Shown piece after piece: positions 44,001 to 51,298 of a stretch of DNA of 64,000 nt. Source of the DNA: Candidatus Micrarchaeota archaeon. Lineage in GTDB: Archaea > Micrarchaeota > Micrarchaeia > Anstonellales > Bilamarchaeaceae. Numbering within the stretch: the first letter of the stretch is position 1; each line of letters starts with the position of its first letter. The position numbers and the translations under genes were made by a program. The notes below the pieces were generated by a model that was given only the letters and a program-made list of their open reading frames with translations, had not been told where the DNA came from and did not search any database. The stretch lies in the NCBI GenBank assembly GCA_032123335.1, contig JAQBFN010000012.1:91-64090 (forward strand), in the 5' to 3' direction.

Positions 44001-45454
44001 CCAAGAATAAGATGACTTGGGGGGAATTCCTGGACAGAATGGCAGGAGAGCACTATGGAAAAATAAGAGCTGAAGCTACGGAAGATGTGGAGGAGCAGCA
44101 TTATGCGTTCCTGGAGGAAGGTGAAAAAGAAAAGAAGATCCTGGAGACAATTGATTATTTGTCTGATTATTATGAAATACGCGATCTCCGATACGTATCA
44201 GGACGTGATGCCGTATTGGAGAAGATAGAGGGGTTTGGGCCGGATAGCACCATACCAATCGACACAGAAGAAAGTGAAAGGCATCTTCTACAAAGTGTGA
44301 GAGTTATAGAAAAATTATCCAAATACATAGAATCTGAAGCAGTAAAGGATAATGGAAAAAGGATCTTGAAACCCATGGAATTCGTAAGGCTTGTTGCAAG
44401 CCACTTGGGTTCGCCGGGAGTAAGGTTCCTACAGACGCTGGGGCTTTATGTTGATTTGCCTGATGAATACAGGGAAGAATTCGACAAAGTATATGATTCA
44501 ATGAGAGGGCAGCCAAAGCTCTCTGCTTTCCATACTCTAAAGAGGGAGTGGGAAGGGCTTAGTGGAGAAGTGGCAGAGATGAGGGCTCCGGTTGGGGCAG
44601 GTTCCCTCCTTACTGTTTATGAAGTGAAAACGGCAGAGGGGGAGAAAGAGGTTGTGAAGGTGCTAAACCCGAATGCATCTTTCCACACAGAATCAATGTG
44701 TGAATTAATAGAAAGCGCATTCAAGGCTATGAAGAAACACGAGGGACTTGCTGTTCCTGTGCTAAGGGACATCAAAACCTGGATAAACGAGGATATTTCA
44801 TTTGAAGATTCATTTGAGAAAGACCGGAGGTTCCGGGATATTCATAGTGGATGGAATGCTGAGGACTCTGCGTACTCGATTTATGTTCCTGAGACGCGCG
44901 GGAAGGAGAATAAGTATTACATACGAGAGGAGTTTGTTGAGGGGAAAAACCTTACCCAATGGGACAGCCTTGTTGAAGAAGGGCATAATATGAAAGATAT
45001 CATGAGCACTGTGGTGAAAAACTCTGTTATTCAGTTGGTGGATGGGCAGGTGCATTCTGACCTGCATCCTGGAAACATAAGGATTACCAGTGATAAGAGG
45101 GTGTGCTACCTGGACAGGAATTACTATATAGAAATAGATGATGCGGACAGGCAGTTTATACTGGGGCTGGAATCTTCCCTGGAGGATAGGGAAGAATTGG
45201 CTGGAAAGATTGCTAGGTATTTTGCTGGAGAAGATGACCCTGTGCTCCAGAAGAAGATTGCTGAGAAAATAGGTGATGATGAAGGGGACCCTGCACACCT
45301 AGTTGCAGGGGCTTTGGTAGAAGTAAGAAACAGGGGATATGATGTTCCTCTGAAAGTGACCCTTATTCTGAAGAATATCCTTTCTTTGGACAGGCTTGCC
45401 AAGAGGGCTGGGTTCTCAGGCATTACAGAAGCATATCTTTACGAGAATAAGTGA
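41033..45454 (+). CDS. Giant (1,473-aa) protein: N-terminal M48-type Zn-metalloprotease motifs, long helical middle, C-terminal ABC1/UbiB-type kinase-like domain
   Basis: HERSH at aa 109-113 and QEYEAD at aa 141-146. The C-terminus has VGAGSLLTVYEV..KEVVKVLNP, EEFVEGKNL, VHSDLHPGNIRI and YLDRN. I see no obvious TM segments. Confidence 0.75.
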   Translation: MPRQKNAEKEVKGSPSKAKERIGRLAPYVESVLKERYGCYPESHPLSQYVKSIVERMETGADKGRISVSVTRGWEEANACALPNGAILISDRMFKFCETEDEIAFVINHERSHIKGGHAERMCDNQSTKDIILTIGSLRSQEYEADVQAAIESGEGPFNPHGGAVFLNRINEMEKECGVVEDIGHGSSLLRILALDYTARIVDMPSLSHALTPLPQDMLRSIESDVDPWKTILRDSLDETDPQKLHLAREALAKKCGVRSALSLMGPIYKRYNRIKQHSGKKYNGASLSAKMRMEFERKILKILLGKIDSLINKEYGDLDKEGKEVVRALVLELCAGVPLSEMHLKGEDHFGLFDSFSKLLLGRKSYQVMKIMGEFSSNFPEELVLERSPKKFIGSIINMLSEGGWFSDRKYSLVVNILMKDLEKAYRKKGAIDIDWGEIETECSIDMILDTSVDENAEAIAIIDISAKNLSEENKAKIVRNLFSRVEFDPKDLPEGWSVMLDKWKKENLPEKYLEAKEAMVRIAKRKWEGSMTTSLSEGKEVPEEDKYPFSEALRILGTGDLKEIEYFLDSIWEDMSIGKKIKEIVVGDISDSFLRGWDNEQHREFVDALRSKEGILGVLHIISKFPSCTAQLECIWFMETACGTMQTPEELAEIKEDLKKYGFYSEPEGKALMGKLFESSASRWADVLPRGELFRQLKRSVEILKPHEFMRAYILGAEIDRGSAVLGYDELLAKILDKYSFDTDNASEAEELLTVCAFLGDYDLKSQVLRSVLSKQIPKLGAGNAKKLLFGDPRLDGVSLNEMRERIINEEILSPESLGEAIDEAVVFMTKKESRKTLGKAIVGNTVMGELLKDKDGALKLFLKCAEDDFELRKATYHVWEAVGDRLEYVMPLSTLYERMYNIDFLTKQLIVQNLLMGKNGVLIKQSSRKKTVDWVLDYFVQSSEDESEKRLMEFLREILGKLAEKSDVSTMYFLLSPLILDRILVRPKNKMTWGEFLDRMAGEHYGKIRAEATEDVEEQHYAFLEEGEKEKKILETIDYLSDYYEIRDLRYVSGRDAVLEKIEGFGPDSTIPIDTEESERHLLQSVRVIEKLSKYIESEAVKDNGKRILKPMEFVRLVASHLGSPGVRFLQTLGLYVDLPDEYREEFDKVYDSMRGQPKLSAFHTLKREWEGLSGEVAEMRAPVGAGSLLTVYEVKTAEGEKEVVKVLNPNASFHTESMCELIESAFKAMKKHEGLAVPVLRDIKTWINEDISFEDSFEKDRRFRDIHSGWNAEDSAYSIYVPETRGKENKYYIREEFVEGKNLTQWDSLVEEGHNMKDIMSTVVKNSVIQLVDGQVHSDLHPGNIRITSDKRVCYLDRNYYIEIDDADRQFILGLESSLEDREELAGKIARYFAGEDDPVLQKKIAEKIGDDEGDPAHLVAGALVEVRNRGYDVPLKVTLILKNILSLDRLAKRAGFSGITEAYLYENK

Positions 45455-45518
45455 AGGTAGGTCTGGGTTAAGGCTAAAGAATAAAAAGAAATGGTATAAG
45501 TATAACTACACACTTTTT

Positions 45519-45603
45519 GCGGAGATGGCAGAACCTGGTTATCGCGCACGCCTGGAAAGCGTGTGCCCTCACGGGCTTGGGAGTTCAAATCTCCCTCTCC
45601 GCG
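45519..45603 (+). tRNA. tRNA-Ser (anticodon GGA), class II, no encoded CCA
   Basis: Hand-folded. The acceptor is GCGGAGA/TCTCCGC and the anticodon stem is CACGC/GCGTG with loop CTGGAAA. The long variable arm is GCCC-tcac-GGGC, the T arm is GGGAG-TTCAAAT-CTCCC, and the discriminator is G. The D stem is weak, with one A-C mismatch. Confidence 0.9.
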
Positions 45604-45610
45604 TAGCGCA

Positions 45611-45700
45611 GCGAAGCGGGAGGGGCTGTGGCCGAATGTTGAGCTCTGCTCAACAGATGTAACCGAAGGTTACAAAGAGGTCACTCAACCCTCTCCGCGT
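45611..45700 (+). ncRNA. Unclassified structured element (three-way junction) ending in a 12-nt copy of the tRNA-Ser 3' end
   Basis: Helix P1 pairs 45619-45625 with 45690-45696, and P2 pairs 45628-45633 with 45679-45684. There are 7-bp hairpins at 45637-45655 and 45658-45674. ccctctccgcgt occurs at 45593-45604 and 45689-45700. It is followed by a T5 run. Confidence 0.3.
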
Positions 45701-45710
45701 CAATTTTTAT
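45701..45710 (+). terminator. Oligo-T tract (caatttttat)
   Basis: It is the first T5 run downstream of the tRNA and the structured element. Archaeal RNA polymerase terminates at oligo-T. Confidence 0.35.
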
Positions 45711-45769
45711 GACCGTCTTAAGCTAGTACAAAACTTGACAAAAACACCGTATTACACTGCTTCTTTGTT

Positions 45770-46666
45770 TTATTCTGGATTAACTTCTACTGGGTTCTCA
45801 TCTGTTGAGGGCTCCCAGTTTTTAGAGAGGGTCTCCAGAACAGAGGAATGGGGATTCAAAACCATAAATTCTAGTTCTTCAGGAGTTGATGCTTTGAGTT
45901 TAATGTTGCGTTCTTTGAGCCGGTTTGCAATTCCTTCAATTGGGGAATCCGTTGCAAGTGTGTAGCTCTCTATAACCATGAAACTGGGCACGAAGTTTGC
46001 ATAGGAAACAACATTCTTGAAAACCTGGGAAAGTGCGGCGTTGACTCGACCGAGAACGTGGGGCTCAAAATACGAAGATGTTTGTGTAGCAAGCACTCCG
46101 CCTTCGTTCATTCTGGATTTGAGAATTTCGTGGAATTCCTTTGTAAAGAGCATTTTGCTGGGGCCTTCGGGGTCGGTAAGGTCTAAAATCACTACATCGA
46201 ATTTCTCCTGGGTTTCTTCTAGGAATTTGCGTCCGTCCCCGAGCCGGATTTCAACGCGGGGGTCGGAGAAGGCGCCATTGGAAACGGAGGGAAAGTACTC
46301 TTTTGAAAGGTTGATTACTTCAGAATCAAGCTCCGCAACTACTGCTTTTTCTACAGGGTGCTTTAGAACTTCACGCAATACGCCCCCATCTCCACCTCCG
46401 ATAATCAGAACCCTGGAGGGGTGTGGGTGCAGGGAGAGGGGAGGATGCGTAACGGTTTCGTGGTAGTGCTTTTCATCTTTGAGTGAAAACTGCACAATAA
46501 AATAATCATCTTCGCCTATGAGCATCATCCGCTCAAAAACCGGGGATTCGAAAACTATTATTTCCTGAAAGGGAGTTTTCTTTTTTGCAATAATTTTCCC
46601 GTTTAATTCAGCTTTAAGTGAGGGGTTGATTGTATAATAAACGATATCTTCACTCATGAAAATCAC
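45770..46666 (-). CDS. speE: Spermidine synthase (aminopropyltransferase)
   Basis: VLIIGGGDGGVLREVLKHP.VEKAVVAELD and DVVILDLTDPEGP. Confidence 0.9.
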   Translation of the reverse strand: MIFMSEDIVYYTINPSLKAELNGKIIAKKKTPFQEIIVFESPVFERMMLIGEDDYFIVQFSLKDEKHYHETVTHPPLSLHPHPSRVLIIGGGDGGVLREVLKHPVEKAVVAELDSEVINLSKEYFPSVSNGAFSDPRVEIRLGDGRKFLEETQEKFDVVILDLTDPEGPSKMLFTKEFHEILKSRMNEGGVLATQTSSYFEPHVLGRVNAALSQVFKNVVSYANFVPSFMVIESYTLATDSPIEGIANRLKERNIKLKASTPEELEFMVLNPHSSVLETLSKNWEPSTDENPVEVNPE

Positions 46667-47010
46667 CGCATAATTCTCTGGGTGGAAACCTTGGTGGGCC
46701 TGAACTTTCTTTTGATTGCTTCAAAAGCCCTGTCTGCATTCTTCGGGTCTCCACAGGTGAAGATATCTACGGCTGCAGAGCCATCCTGCTCAGGCCAGGT
46801 GTGAATGCTGATGTGGGATTCGGCAAGAAGGATTACGGAGGTAACTCCATATGGGTCAAACTGGTGGTGGTTTTCACCGAGTTTGGTAAGATCAGTTTCA
46901 GAAACTACTTCATTTAGAAGCTTCGCAACTACGTCAGCACGCTCTAGAAGATCCGGAGGGCATCCATGCATGTTTACAAGTAGGTGTGTTCCCATGCTCA
47001 CCCTCATCAC
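46663..47010 (-). CDS. speH: S-adenosylmethionine decarboxylase proenzyme (SpeH type)
   Basis: LLAESHISIHTWPE self-cleavage motif. The start could instead be 46995 (MGTHL). Confidence 0.85.
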   Translation of the reverse strand: MMRVSMGTHLLVNMHGCPPDLLERADVVAKLLNEVVSETDLTKLGENHHQFDPYGVTSVILLAESHISIHTWPEQDGSAAVDIFTCGDPKNADRAFEAIKRKFRPTKVSTQRIMR

Positions 47011-47076
47011 CTTCCTCAGAATCTGAATCCATGGAGAAAGGAAATGAAGGAAAAAGGATTTAAAGGAAACGGAAAT

Positions 47077-48102
47077 TCAACCAAAAAGCTTGGACCAGTT
47101 CCTTTTTTTGCGGTCTTTCCAGTATCCTTTATGGTATGCGTAGTTTGCAATTAGGGGAACTACTGTGGTGGCCTCTGCATAAACCATCTGCTCGTGCACA
47201 GTGTCCACCTTGCCCCAGGAAGATGCTTCCTTGAGCGTGGAGCTGGAGCATGCGCCATCGCGTACATCTGCAACAGTAATCTGCACTGCATATTCGTGCA
47301 TCGGGACTTCTTTTCCGAGGCACTCTGCGCAAACAACTGTGTCCTGGGCAAAATTCTTGGGAACTCCGCCTCCAACCATGAACAGGCCGGAAGTGGGGGA
47401 CTCGATTTTTATTTTCGTAACTTCGTAGAAATCCTTCACCGAATCTAGGGAAACGTGCTCCTTGGGGTGCTCTGCCTGGTGCATTACAAGGCCGAAGCCT
47501 GCGCTGGAGTCTGAAAATGCGGGACAGAAAATGGGGACGTTGTTTTCGTAGGCGACCTGGACAAGGGAATCCTTTTTCTTTGCGTGATTCTGGAGGTACT
47601 TGCCCATCTCCGCAATGAATTCACGGGAAGAATAGGGCCTTGGTTCAAGGGAATCTGCGATTTTCTTTATTGTGGAATCGCATGCCTGGAGTTCTTCTTC
47701 ATCAATGTAAGTATCGTAGATACGGTCGATGTAGCGCTCCCGGAGCTCGGTATCGTTTACAAATTGGGAACCCTTGTAGTGCTTGAAGCCCAAGGCTTCG
47801 AAAAAGTCCATGTCTACAATCGATGCGCCGGTAGCGACTATTGCATCAATCATGTTGTACTTTACCATATCAGAGTAGACCTGCATGCATCCGCCTGCAC
47901 TGGTGCTTCCTGCAAGGGTGAGGAAATTAGTGCATCCTTCCTTTTTGAGCATCATGTTCAGGATGTCTGCGGCACGTGCGGTGTCCCTGGAAGTAAAAGA
48001 CATGTCGCGCATTGAATCCAGCAATTTGGTTCCATCAAATGAGGTTATGTCTATGTGTTTGACTGTTTCCTTGAGGTAGTCTTTCTTCTCCATTTTGCCC
48101 AC
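47077..48102 (-). CDS. dys: Deoxyhypusine synthase
   Basis: FLTLAGSTSAGGCMQVY...IDAIVATGASIVDMDFFEALGFKHYKG. Confidence 0.9.
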   Translation of the reverse strand: MGKMEKKDYLKETVKHIDITSFDGTKLLDSMRDMSFTSRDTARAADILNMMLKKEGCTNFLTLAGSTSAGGCMQVYSDMVKYNMIDAIVATGASIVDMDFFEALGFKHYKGSQFVNDTELRERYIDRIYDTYIDEEELQACDSTIKKIADSLEPRPYSSREFIAEMGKYLQNHAKKKDSLVQVAYENNVPIFCPAFSDSSAGFGLVMHQAEHPKEHVSLDSVKDFYEVTKIKIESPTSGLFMVGGGVPKNFAQDTVVCAECLGKEVPMHEYAVQITVADVRDGACSSSTLKEASSWGKVDTVHEQMVYAEATTVVPLIANYAYHKGYWKDRKKRNWSKLFG

Positions 48103-48141
48103 CAGGAAGGATTTGGAAGATAATTGCTTAAAAATTGATTG

Positions 48142-48600
48142 CTAGAGGAGTTCCGGGAGCAAAAAGAACTTTACCCGCCAGTTTCCCTCGGTATTTTCTA
48201 AACAAAGGGGTGAGGAATAGCGGGAAATGTGGATTGGGGGTTCTTGGGCTCCGGTGAGGAGAAAGACTGCAAGCTTTTCTATGTGAGGGAGGTGGCCTAC
48301 GAACAAATACGTGCCGGTTTCTTCCAGGGTTTGAAGCTTTTCTTTTATTATGGTGGGATCGTCCATGGGCTTGAGGCCTTCGATTTCTTCTGCGGGGGCA
48401 TTAAGGGCAGAGGAGAATATGTCAGCGGTTTGGCGGGCGCGGAGCTTGGGGGAGTGGAATATGTGGGTGGGATTTGTGCCCAGGTGCTGGAGTTTTGAGG
48501 CGATAGCTTCAGTTTCCTGGATTCCGGTTTCGGAAAGTGGCCTTTCTGGGTCTTCTTCCTCGGGCTTTGCGTCCCCGTGCTGTATTAAATAGAGTTGCAT
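48142..48600 (-). CDS. sixA: SixA-type histidine phosphatase
   Basis: MQLYLIQHGDAKPEEEDPERPLSETG...FVGHLP (RHG-family catalytic pattern), 152 aa. Confidence 0.75.
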   Translation of the reverse strand: MQLYLIQHGDAKPEEEDPERPLSETGIQETEAIASKLQHLGTNPTHIFHSPKLRARQTADIFSSALNAPAEEIEGLKPMDDPTIIKEKLQTLEETGTYLFVGHLPHIEKLAVFLLTGAQEPPIHISRYSSPLCLENTEGNWRVKFFLLPELL

Positions 48601-48871
48601 AAAGGAGATACTGCGGGAAGATTAATAGGGGTTATGGGCACTTCGGGGATTGTCAGAATATTTAAAAAGGTTACTATAAACTAATAGAAGCTACGCATAT
48701 CCTGTGTGTCATGTCACTTATTCATTCAGGGGATAACTTCTCTGAAAGAACGCACTGGATTTTGTGTAAGAGCTCTAGGGCGGAAAACCCATATTTGGGT
48801 TTAAAAAAGAAAAGTAGAAGGGTTGCTCTATCCGAAAGGACCTCCGCGCACCCTGAACAATTGGTGAGCTA

Positions 48872-49510
48872 ATGGGAAAGGCCAAGAAGAAAGATAAGAA
48901 AGACAGCAAGAAGAAGGAATCTGCTAAAGCTAAAGATAAGGCTAAAGATAAAGAAGTGTCAGCTGATGCTGCAAAAAAACCTGCAAGGAAGAAGGCGCCA
49001 CAAGAGGAAGAAGGCGTTAGGGGTATCATCAGGCTTGCAGGAAAGGATGTGAGCGGGCACCTTACCCTCAAGAGGGCACTCCTCAGGGTAAAGGGAATCG
49101 GGCAGACCACCAAGGGGCTTGTTGCAGATATTATATCAAAGGAGCTCAAGCTTTCACCTACTTTAAAGGTCGGTACGTTTGATGATGCTCAAATTGAGAA
49201 GATCGATGTTATTCTTGCAAATATCCAGAAGTATGATGTGCCTCCGTACCTTTTGAACAGGAGAAGGTCCCAGGTGACCGGGGAGGATGAGCACAACATA
49301 ATGAACGACCTAGTGTTTGCGGAGAGGCAGGATGTTGAAAGTGAGAAGACGCTCTACACCTGGAAAGGCTACAGGCACCACTATGGGCAGAAGGTGCGCG
49401 GGCAGAGAACCAGGAACACCGGAAGAAAGGGAATGTCTCTTGGTGTTATCAGGAAGGCTATGCAGCCGGGGCAGGCACCGGGAAAGAAGGATGACAGGAA
49501 GAAGAAATAG
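48872..49510 (+). CDS. rps13: Ribosomal protein uS13 with a ~45-aa Lys-rich N-terminal extension
   Basis: MGKAKKKDKKDSKKKESAKAKDKAKDKE..., then the S13 core IIRLAGKDVSGHLTLKRALLRVKGIG. Confidence 0.9.
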   Translation: MGKAKKKDKKDSKKKESAKAKDKAKDKEVSADAAKKPARKKAPQEEEGVRGIIRLAGKDVSGHLTLKRALLRVKGIGQTTKGLVADIISKELKLSPTLKVGTFDDAQIEKIDVILANIQKYDVPPYLLNRRRSQVTGEDEHNIMNDLVFAERQDVESEKTLYTWKGYRHHYGQKVRGQRTRNTGRKGMSLGVIRKAMQPGQAPGKKDDRKKK

Positions 49511-49520
49511 GTGAATGATT

Positions 49521-50126
49521 ATGGGAGACCCACGAAAGTTCAGCAACAAATACGAGCACCCTAAAAGGCTCTGGGAAGTTGGCAGGATTAAGGAAGAGAA
49601 AGGGCTTAAGCGCGAATACGGGCTCAAGACCATGAGGGAGCTCTGGGTAATGAACCAGGAACTCAAGAAAATGAGGCGTGAAGCGAGAAGGCTGTTGTCA
49701 GTTTCCCAAGACGAAATGGAGAGGGACCTACCTAAACTAATGAACAAGCTGGCGAGGCTTGGGATTCTTAGTGCGAACTCAAAGCTGGAACAGGTGCTTT
49801 CGCTTAACGTGCGTGATGTGCTCGAGAGGAGGCTCCAGACCAGGGTAGTTAAGCGTGGGCTTGCAAAAACCGTGAAACAGGCAAGGCAGCTTATTACCCA
49901 CGGGTTCATTTCAGTAAAGGGAAGGAAGGTTAATTCACCGAGTTACCTTGTTCCTGTTTCTGAGGATGATTCCATTAACTATTACAAGAAGATAGACCTT
50001 GAGGTGCCTGAGCCCGAAGAAGAGCCTGCACCAACAAAGGAGGCGCCTAAGGCTGAAGCGGCAGGCGAGGAAGAGGCTCCAGCAGAGCTTGACCTTCCGC
50101 CCGCAGCGGAGAAGGTAGTTGATTAG
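49521..50126 (+). CDS. rps4: Ribosomal protein uS4 with an acidic/Pro-rich C-terminal extension
   Basis: [19 protein letters not shown]... The tail reads [29 protein letters not shown]. Confidence 0.9.
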   Translation: MGDPRKFSNKYEHPKRLWEVGRIKEEKGLKREYGLKTMRELWVMNQELKKMRREARRLLSVSQDEMERDLPKLMNKLARLGILSANSKLEQVLSLNVRDVLERRLQTRVVKRGLAKTVKQARQLITHGFISVKGRKVNSPSYLVPVSEDDSINYYKKIDLEVPEPEEEPAPTKEAPKAEAAGEEEAPAELDLPPAAEKVVD

Positions 50127-50137
50127 GGGTGACGATT

Positions 50138-50713
50138 ATGGCTGAAGAAGAAACGAAAATTGAAGAAGTGCCTAAGGCTGAGGAAAAGAAAGAAGAAAAA
50201 CCTGTTGAGGCACCTAAAGAAGTAAAGGCTGAGGCTCCAAAGGAGGAAAAGAAAGCTGGAGTCAAGGAAGTGCCGGCTGAAGCCCCTGTGGAAGAAGGGG
50301 GAGAGAAGGAAGAGGTCAAGAAAAAGAAGCCGGGGAAGCTTGCAATTGTGCATGTTTACTCATCCAAGAATGATACGATTATTACCGCAACTGACATCAG
50401 CGGGGCGGAAACCCTTTCCTGGGCAAGCGGAGGAATGATGGTTAAGTCCTCGAGGGAAGAGGGAAAGCCCTATGCAGCAATGCAGGCTGCGCAGAAAGTC
50501 GTGAATGAATTGAAGGAAAAGGGAGTGGATACTGTCCACATAAAGATTCGCGCACCTGGAGGAAACGGTTCAAAGACTCCGGGAGGAGGGGCACAGGCAG
50601 TAGTGAGGACTATTGCAAGGATGAAAGTTCGTGTAGGAAGAATAGAAGATGTTACACCCATACCTACGGACTCCATGAAAAGAAAGGGTGGAAGAAGGGG
50701 CAGGAGGGTGTAG
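50138..50713 (+). CDS. rps11: Ribosomal protein uS11 with a ~60-aa K/E/A/P-rich N-terminal extension
   Basis: [39 protein letters not shown]..., then [21 protein letters not shown]. Confidence 0.9.
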   Translation: MAEEETKIEEVPKAEEKKEEKPVEAPKEVKAEAPKEEKKAGVKEVPAEAPVEEGGEKEEVKKKKPGKLAIVHVYSSKNDTIITATDISGAETLSWASGGMMVKSSREEGKPYAAMQAAQKVVNELKEKGVDTVHIKIRAPGGNGSKTPGGGAQAVVRTIARMKVRVGRIEDVTPIPTDSMKRKGGRRGRRV

Positions 50714-50717
50714 TGGT

Positions 50718-51293
50718 ATGAAAGCAGAACTTCTCGAATCAAAAGGAAACAAGATTTCCATGAAAGTGAGCGGAACGGACCTTGCGTTCCTGAACGCTGT
50801 GCGCAGGTACAGCATGGGAAGGGTTTCCATACTGGCTGTGGATTCCATTACCATGTATGAGAATACCTCATCCATGTTTGATGAATATGTAACTCACAGG
50901 ATTGGGCTCATTCCAATTATCACTCCCAAGGGAGTGAAAGAGGGAATGGAAGTAGCCTTTTCTCTGGATGAGACCGGGCCAAAGGTTGTGTATTCCGGTG
51001 ACATGAAAACAACAGACAAGGACGTGGAGGTTGCGAAAGACATGATTCCAATTATTACGCTGTTTGAAGGTCAGAGCCTAAGGCTTGAAGGGAGAGCAGT
51101 TATTGGGACCAGTCTCAAGCACGCAAAGTTCCAGGCCGGGATTGCAGCATACGATGATGATGGGAAGGGAAATGTTGTGTTTAAGGCCGAGAGCTTTTTC
51201 CAGATGACTCCTAAAGAGATGCTTGTGCGCGGATGCAAGCAGCTTGAGGAGGACCTTGCGGATTTGGGAAAGACTGTGAAGAAGGCGAAGTAG
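50718..51293 (+). CDS. rpoD: DNA-directed RNA polymerase subunit D (Rpo3), short form without Cys-cluster domain
   Basis: LAFLNAVRRYSMGRVSILAVDSITMYENTSSMFDEYVTHRIGLIPI. It is about 192 aa with a single Cys. Confidence 0.85.
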   Translation: MKAELLESKGNKISMKVSGTDLAFLNAVRRYSMGRVSILAVDSITMYENTSSMFDEYVTHRIGLIPIITPKGVKEGMEVAFSLDETGPKVVYSGDMKTTDKDVEVAKDMIPIITLFEGQSLRLEGRAVIGTSLKHAKFQAGIAAYDDDGKGNVVFKAESFFQMTPKEMLVRGCKQLEEDLADLGKTVKKAK

Positions 51294-51298
51294 GGTGC

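Noticed and set aside
45396-45662. 88-aa ORF on the plus strand
   Set aside because: It overlaps the end of the giant gene and reads straight through the tRNA-Ser gene, so it is an artefact.
45611-45700. A second tRNA gene (Arg-TCT, Sec or an intron-containing tRNA) immediately after tRNA-Ser
   Set aside because: The terminal helix is acceptor-like, but there is no TTCRANY T-loop. The only 7-nt loop option (gctctgc) lacks U33, and no D-arm can be drawn. The TCA-containing alternative hairpin competes with the terminal helix. It is kept only as an unclassified structured element.
45593-45700. The 12-nt direct repeat of the tRNA-Ser 3' end as attL/attR of an integrated mobile element
   Set aside because: The two copies are only 96 nt apart, so no element body lies between them. 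No integrase is nearby, and the downstream genes are a core polyamine/hypusine operon. At most it is a scar, so it is not called as a mobile element.
50718-51293. RpoD lacking the Fe-S cluster domain as an anomaly
   Set aside because: Cluster-less Rpo3/D subunits are known in several archaeal lineages, so this is noted in the feature evidence only.
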